The notes beneath the pieces are model-generated. The model saw nothing but the letters and a program-made list of their open reading frames with translations, made no database searches and was not told where the DNA came from. DNA of 64,000 nt, from NCBI GenBank assembly GCA_041660005.1, contig JBAZXG010000003.1:64835-128834 (forward strand), read 5' to 3'. A program made the position numbers and the translations under genes. How positions within the stretch are numbered: the stretch's first letter is position 1; the number at the start of each line of letters is the position of its first letter. This DNA is from Patescibacteria group bacterium (lineage in GTDB: Bacteria; Patescibacteriota; Patescibacteriia; GWA2-46-9). Positions 58,993-64,000 of the stretch are shown here, piece by piece.

Positions 58993-59817
58993 ATGTTCGA
59001 TAAGCTACACTGGCGCTACCAACCAAAGAGAGTTTCGCCCTATAGAGACAATACTAAACAGGTGATAAAAAAGGGGTTGCGACCTTTCTGGATAGTTGTT
59101 TTTATTATTATCGCAGGTATTGTCTACCTACTCTTCGGCACTCGTTTTTTTTATATTAATAAGATCAATGTCCAGGGGACTCGCTATCTTGAAAAGCAAC
59201 AAATTGTCGACAAAGTTAACGCGCTATTACAGCATCGTCGTTGGTTCATTATCCCTGAGTCAAATATCTTCTTTACGCCAGTGGCGCAGATCCAGAGCGA
59301 CTTAACGGATATACGTTTAGAACGTATCAGCGTAACTCGCTCATTTCCAAGTACGTTGAATATTCAAATTACCGAGAAGCAGGCCAGTGCCTTCTGGAGC
59401 TCTGGTAACCGATGGTATGAGCTCGATAAAAACGGATTTATCATGAGCGAGGTGGTCAAACCCAGCGATAATAGTGTCAAAATTACCTTTGCGAACTCCT
59501 TAGAGCCGGCAGAAATTGGTAAGCAGGTAATAGACCCGAAACTTCTTGAGGAGGCGCTAGCTATTAAAGCGAACTTGCCAGACCTGCCAGTAACCGCGCT
59601 TGATGTATTTGTGATTGATCCTGCGAACCCATACACGATCAGTTTCAGAAACAAACAAGGTGCACTCATTTATTTTACGACCGAACTTTCGCTACAAACG
59701 CAACTTCAGAAACTGACAATTTTTAACAATGACAAAAATAGAACGGAAGCCGGTTGGCAGGATAAAATTCATTACATTGACTTAAGATACGGCACAACAA
59801 AAGTCTATTATCAATAA
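58993..59817 (+). CDS. FtsQ/DivIB-like cell division protein (POTRA domain)
   Basis: One TM helix followed by YINKINVQGTRYLEKQQIVDKV (POTRA) and a beta-rich C-terminus. Confidence 0.55.
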   Translation: MFDKLHWRYQPKRVSPYRDNTKQVIKKGLRPFWIVVFIIIAGIVYLLFGTRFFYINKINVQGTRYLEKQQIVDKVNALLQHRRWFIIPESNIFFTPVAQIQSDLTDIRLERISVTRSFPSTLNIQITEKQASAFWSSGNRWYELDKNGFIMSEVVKPSDNSVKITFANSLEPAEIGKQVIDPKLLEEALAIKANLPDLPVTALDVFVIDPANPYTISFRNKQGALIYFTTELSLQTQLQKLTIFNNDKNRTEAGWQDKIHYIDLRYGTTKVYYQ

Positions 59818-60393
59818 ATTATTGTGCGACACATAGATATTCTGCAGACGATCGAGAGGGCACAGAGTAGTTCGAATAGTCGAGTCTATATAAATGATGA
59901 TAGAAAGGACCCTGTCCTATGGACAAAAATCTTCAACGCAAGGCTTGCGTTAGTCATATTAAGTCCCGATGGACTATCTGGTTAATAACTTAAATTTAGA
60001 CTCAATTCAAGGCTTTTAAATGCCCTGGGCTGCGTTCAATCTGAACCAGCTAAGTGTTTATACCTTTGACACGTTCTTGTTGGACTTCGGTAATTATAAT
60101 CGTTGCTGATAATCAGACATGGAGAATTTCTACCTAGGCACACTCTCTATAAGAAAGAAGACACTAAACTAGAAATGTAGGGTCAGAAGAAAATGGGCGG
60201 TAACGACTTACTTATGGATAACCATTACTTTAGTGTCGTATAAGATATATTGTGCGACTCATACATAATATAACTTATGAAGTTAAAACTACTCCCCTAT
60301 AGTATTTACACCCGCGGAGATTGTCTGAATCTCGCGCGGGTGTAATCGTATCGCCTCCTTCTTGTAACTAATTATTGTCTGGTTGCGTGGCGG

Positions 60394-61485
60394 CTATCTT
60401 GTGGTGTGTAACTCGCCGGCGAATGTTCCCCGGAATTCGACTTGCGGCTCGTCTCCGCGGCGGTTCACCACTTGGCCTATCTGGATGGCAGACTCCCCGA
60501 CCGGTCGCAGGCGCGGTGAACAACGCAGCTCGCCGTTTTCGACCACGCTAACCATCTGGATACCTTGATTGAAGACGTGATCCATTTCATCAGGATCGAT
60601 CTGGCCGACGAATTGAGCCATCCGCAGTATCGGCGGCCGATCCCAGGCATCGCGATTCAGTACGACCTTGAGCGTCGACGGGAGAATGCGCGGGATGTTC
60701 TCGACGAGACCGCCGCCCGTGATGTGAGCATGAGCCGCAAAAACGGTACCCAGCTTACGCTCAGCCTCGCAGGCGTCGATGTACATCTGCGTCGGTACCA
60801 TCAGCGCGTCAGCGAGAGTGTCGTCGAGATCTGACCAGTACTTTGCAAGTCGGCGCAGAACAGTTCTCGGACCGGCATTCAGCCCGAAGACTCGCCGCAG
60901 TAGCGAATAGCCATTCGCTCCCGGTCCCTTCGAGGGCCAACCGTAGACACATTGTCCAGCTTTGACCGCTCCGGTAATCGTTCCGGCAGAAAAGCCGATG
61001 CCGAAAGCAGCGATGTCGAAACCGTTTGCTCTCCGGAACATTCCCGGATGCTCAGCTGTTTCTCCACCGATCAGTCTGCACCCGGCAGCCTTGCAGGCAG
61101 CGATGACGCCGTCGATCACCTCGATGTGGTCTTCTGGCACGAGCTTCGCGACCGCCAGATAGTCGAGGGCAAAGGCGGGTTGGTGGCCCGCGCAGTACAG
61201 GTCGACCAGAGCCATGGCGCCAGCATCGCTCCCGACCCCCTTGTAGTAGCCGCGACCAAGCACTGCAGCGATGTCCGGCTTTGTGCCCGCGCCATCGGTT
61301 GATGCCGCTAAGCGCGCTACCCGCCGACGAGCGCTCCGAGGAATCAATCCCCCGCCAGCAAACCCGCCGATTTCATCCCCTCCGCCTGGCCAGGCCTTCT
61401 CTATTCGTGCTTTCACGAGATCCTCGAAGACACCTGCCGCAGAAAGGCTGACTCCGGCTTGTTCGTACAGTCTTGCAGTTGTCAA
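60394..61485 (-). CDS. purM: Phosphoribosylformylglycinamidine cyclo-ligase (AIR synthetase)
   Basis: STDGAGTK, GGETAEHPGMF, GANGYSLLRR and AHITGGGLVENIPRILP align motif-for-motif with PurM. The GC content is far above that of the flanking sequence. Confidence 0.8.
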   Translation of the reverse strand: MTTARLYEQAGVSLSAAGVFEDLVKARIEKAWPGGGDEIGGFAGGGLIPRSARRRVARLAASTDGAGTKPDIAAVLGRGYYKGVGSDAGAMALVDLYCAGHQPAFALDYLAVAKLVPEDHIEVIDGVIAACKAAGCRLIGGETAEHPGMFRRANGFDIAAFGIGFSAGTITGAVKAGQCVYGWPSKGPGANGYSLLRRVFGLNAGPRTVLRRLAKYWSDLDDTLADALMVPTQMYIDACEAERKLGTVFAAHAHITGGGLVENIPRILPSTLKVVLNRDAWDRPPILRMAQFVGQIDPDEMDHVFNQGIQMVSVVENGELRCSPRLRPVGESAIQIGQVVNRRGDEPQVEFRGTFAGELHTTR

Positions 61486-61677
61486 TGTCGTTCACTCCTT
61501 ATAGAAACGTCTCACGGTTGATCCGTGGCGGAAACATCTTATCACTTAACTCAAATTTTGCAATTGATTTTTTAATAACTACTGTACTCGTTGCGCCGCG
61601 TAGCTTTTGTTTCCCTTACTTTAATGCTTTAAAGTATTGATGTATTTCGAAAGACAATCAAGACTTAGCTTATTAAG

Positions 61678-62430
61678 CTACTCCTTGATCGACGCACTAA
61701 AACTTTCACCTCGAACGTAAAGATAGTCGCTGCTCGTCTCACGCTGATGACGGATAGACAAGTACACCATCAAAAAAGCGGCGCAGTACAGTATTCTAAA
61801 AACGACGAGTTGCCAGTCAGAAACAACCTTTGCGAGGTCAATAGCTCCTAAGAAAATATACAGAAGAATGGCACTGTTATACAGCAATTCATAACCCGAA
61901 GCCCTGCTTTTTTTCATTTTCCATTCACGGTATTTTGTTACTGAGTCATAGAGAAGTAAAAGCGCCAGCACCGCTATTGAAACGCGAAACAGTATGGCTG
62001 AAACCGGGTTAGCTACCGCTTCTGTTGTAAAAAAAGTTATGGGTTCAAAAATTACGCCGTTGGGTTGCGCCAAAAACCAACTCCCTATAACAGAAACAAT
62101 AAATGAAAGGAACGCTAAAATACGTGCAATGCGAACGTTTTTAAAAACTTTCAATCCTACGTAATAGTAGAGTGGTATACCGCTCAAAAAAACAGTCGCC
62201 TGACTGAAAACCGCTGAGGTAAAGCGTGGAAAATCCTCAACTCCAACTCCTAATAGAGTATTTCGGTACGCGTTCTGAGCCCATAGGAGGCCCGTAGCGA
62301 GCCAGAACAGCCCATAAGCACTCATAATATGGCTAAGATGCTTAGAAAAGAGCTCATAAACTAATATAAATGCAACCACTGATACGACAGCGGTTACAAA
62401 TGCATGGAAAATGAGCCCAATGCTTACCAT
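61678..62430 (-). CDS. Hypothetical polytopic membrane protein
   Basis: 250-aa ORF with 7 hydrophobic helices. Confidence 0.4.
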   Translation of the reverse strand: MVSIGLIFHAFVTAVVSVVAFILVYELFSKHLSHIMSAYGLFWLATGLLWAQNAYRNTLLGVGVEDFPRFTSAVFSQATVFLSGIPLYYYVGLKVFKNVRIARILAFLSFIVSVIGSWFLAQPNGVIFEPITFFTTEAVANPVSAILFRVSIAVLALLLLYDSVTKYREWKMKKSRASGYELLYNSAILLYIFLGAIDLAKVVSDWQLVVFRILYCAAFLMVYLSIRHQRETSSDYLYVRGESFSASIKE

Positions 62431-62439
62431 GGTGAAATT

Positions 62440-63660
62440 TTACGGAAGGTAACGCACAGGGTCAACCGAAACGCCGTTTTCATGAACCTCGAAGTGAAGG
62501 TGCGGCCCAGAGCTGTACGGTCCGGTACCTGGTGCGCCAGGAGTAGCGCCAGAAAGTGCAATAACCTGACCCTGAGTTACAAAAGTATCTTGGGCAACAA
62601 GCGCGCTCGATATGTGGCCGTACACGGTCGTCAATCCACCGTCGTGAATCAAGGCAATATACCAATAATTTCGAGGGTTACCTGTTTTAATTTTTGCGAC
62701 ATAACCGGATGCCGCAGCCCGAATTGGTGTCCCCTGCGCAGCTCTAATATCGATTGCATTGTGCTCAAAAAGGTAACGAAGCGGATAGTCGGGGTCTCGG
62801 AAATTGGTTGTAACTTTGTTCTTGGGAACTGGCCAAATAAGTCTTGGTGCGGGACCGTTGGTTTGCACGCCTTCCGCCTTCAACTTATCACGGACAGTCT
62901 GTTCTAAAGCGGCAACTTCTCTATTGGCTTGCTCTTGCTGATCTTTAACTTGTTGCAATAGCGCTGAGAATCGTTGTTCGGAGGACTTTGTTTGATCCAA
63001 AACATATCTCTTCAAAGACTGCCGATCCTCTAAGTCTAGAGACTGCTGACGTAGATCATCTGTCGCTGAAATAAGCTCCCCGCGCTTATTTTCAATTTGC
63101 TTTTTTTCGTCAGCCAACGCTTGCCGTGTTGCGTCTACTTCAACAATGACATTGTCGAGCTTATTTTGAAGCGTTTGTAGGTTTTGCAGATGACTGTAAA
63201 AAGTAGAAAAATTTTGCGTCGTAAAAAGTGCTTGCAGTGGCGAACGGCTTCTCTCACGAACCAAATAACGAAGTAGCGAACCAAGATCTGCTCGAAGTGA
63301 AGTCAGTTTATCTTGCTTGTCGTTAATTTCAGTTTCCAGGTTGCTTATTTCTAAATTCACTTTTTCAATATTTAACTGACCAGTCTCAATGTTAATTTGG
63401 GTTTTAGAAATTTGGTCACTGAGTATGCCTAACTGGTTTGCCAAGGTACGTTTTTCACTTTGCTTTTGCTTCAAACTTTTTTGGTACTCTGCTGCTTGCT
63501 CCTGCAGCTTTTTCATTTCTTCTTGCTTGGCGTTTATCTGCTGCTGCAGTGCGGTTATTTCATTACTGTCTGCGGCAAATACGTTGAAGCTGTACATCGG
63601 CAACAGTGAAAAGATTACAGCCACAAAAATTGTTAGTATGCCGTGCTTAATCATTTGCAT
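62440..63660 (-). CDS. M23-family peptidase with an N-terminal coiled coil (EnvC-like murein hydrolase activator)
   Basis: Signal peptide, a long Q/E/L-rich coiled coil, and a C-terminal LytM domain (HDGGLTTVYGH...GPHLHFEV). Confidence 0.75.
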   Translation of the reverse strand: MQMIKHGILTIFVAVIFSLLPMYSFNVFAADSNEITALQQQINAKQEEMKKLQEQAAEYQKSLKQKQSEKRTLANQLGILSDQISKTQINIETGQLNIEKVNLEISNLETEINDKQDKLTSLRADLGSLLRYLVRERSRSPLQALFTTQNFSTFYSHLQNLQTLQNKLDNVIVEVDATRQALADEKKQIENKRGELISATDDLRQQSLDLEDRQSLKRYVLDQTKSSEQRFSALLQQVKDQQEQANREVAALEQTVRDKLKAEGVQTNGPAPRLIWPVPKNKVTTNFRDPDYPLRYLFEHNAIDIRAAQGTPIRAAASGYVAKIKTGNPRNYWYIALIHDGGLTTVYGHISSALVAQDTFVTQGQVIALSGATPGAPGTGPYSSGPHLHFEVHENGVSVDPVRYLP

Positions 63661-64000
63661 TGGTTAATTTTACGAGCGCACTGTCAATACGCTCCAGGAC
63701 AGACGCCTTTCCTATTACGCACGCAATGGTAAATGGACTTGGGCTAACCGCTTCGCCAGAAAGCGCAGTCCTGAGTGGCCACAGGGTCTCCCCTACTCCC
63801 AAATTGTCTTTGGTTATTGTAGCCCGTAATTCGCTCTCGAATTTTTGCTCCTCAAAAAAGTTATCACCTAAATTAGTTACCCACGCACGAATAGCACGTA
63901 ATCGTTCAATGGTTGTATCTTTATTTGATTTTTTGGGTACGAGGAGTGCTGGGTCGTAGTCAAAATTTGGATCAAGATAAACCTTCAGTGCGTCTGGTAG
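63647..64000 (-). CDS. gltX: Glutamate--tRNA ligase, C-terminal fragment; 5' end outside the window
   Basis: Manual translation of the minus strand from nt 64000 gives ...ETLWPLRTALSGEAVSPSPFTIACVIGKASVLERID..*, the conserved GltX C-terminal anticodon-binding region. It is absent from the ORF track because it has no Met. Confidence 0.6.
   Translation of the reverse strand, partial: LPDALKVYLDPNFDYDPALLVPKKSNKDTTIERLRAIRAWVTNLGDNFFEEQKFESELRATITKDNLGVGETLWPLRTALSGEAVSPSPFTIACVIGKASVLERIDSALVKLTNAND

Noticed and set aside
60383-61504. Several plus-strand ORFs of 61-116 aa inside the purM region
   Set aside because: They are antisense to purM. High GC content generates long spurious open frames.
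63660-63959. 99-aa plus-strand ORF at the window end
   Set aside because: The opposite strand encodes a clearly recognisable GltX C-terminal region in the same interval. The plus-strand ORF is its shadow.
1-64000. CRISPR arrays, rRNA genes, and transposase or integrase genes
   Set aside because: I scanned for short regularly spaced direct repeats, rRNA-like conserved blocks and DDE or tyrosine-recombinase motifs and found none. The only repeats found are the tRNA-trailer copies, the tRNA-Gln 3'-end copies and the AbiE-flanking duplication.

Overview
This 64-kb window looks like a small-genome, mostly AT-rich bacterium of Patescibacteria/CPR type. Genes are tightly packed, and almost all are on the + strand. 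By position: 1-12.3 kb is a cell-envelope polysaccharide locus. It holds a GT4 glycosyltransferase fragment, a DUF4012 protein, a DUF11-repeat surface protein, an unusual membrane-anchored ClpB-like ATPase, an MraY/WecA-family transferase, a cellulose-synthase-like GT2 with the QxxRW motif, and two more GT2 genes. After that come mreB and rplU, then recR and dnaB on the minus strand, and tRNA-Lys. 16-21.5 kb holds a copper-resistance cluster: a Met/Cys-rich small protein, an HMA-permease-cupredoxin fusion, copZ and copA. 21.7-26 kb holds an FtsB-like gene, lemA, a TPM-domain gene and hypotheticals. 26-29.4 kb holds tRNA-Thr and tRNA-Gly (both minus strand, sharing an identical ~58-bp 3' trailer repeat), ftsE, ftsX and tRNA-Gln. 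Directly after tRNA-Gln is a GC-rich structured stretch with two degenerate copies of the tRNA-Gln 3' end. It is followed by a very AT-rich accessory island at 29.8-36.8 kb. That island carries a co-oriented 5-gene cluster that I rank as the best candidate for an undescribed defence system: a T5orf172/GIY-YIG-like protein, two unknowns (one with a zinc ribbon), a TM coiled-coil protein and an AlbA_2/Schlafen-like protein. It also carries an OmdA-family gene and an AbiEi/AbiEii toxin-antitoxin cassette flanked by a ~176-bp direct duplication of the 5' end of a membrane-protein gene. 36.8-59.8 kb is housekeeping and accessory genes: NUDIX, RdgB/HAM1, a DinJ-YafQ toxin-antitoxin pair, an NMNAT-like gene, IMPase, transporters, HtrA, NDH-2, greA, lysS, serS, an aminotransferase, a truncated Mur-ligase-like gene and an FtsQ-like gene. 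A 570-bp ORF-free spacer then precedes a conspicuously GC-rich purM on the minus strand, probably acquired horizontally. The window ends with a membrane protein, an EnvC-like M23 peptidase and a partial gltX, all on the minus strand. No rRNA genes or CRISPR arrays were found.
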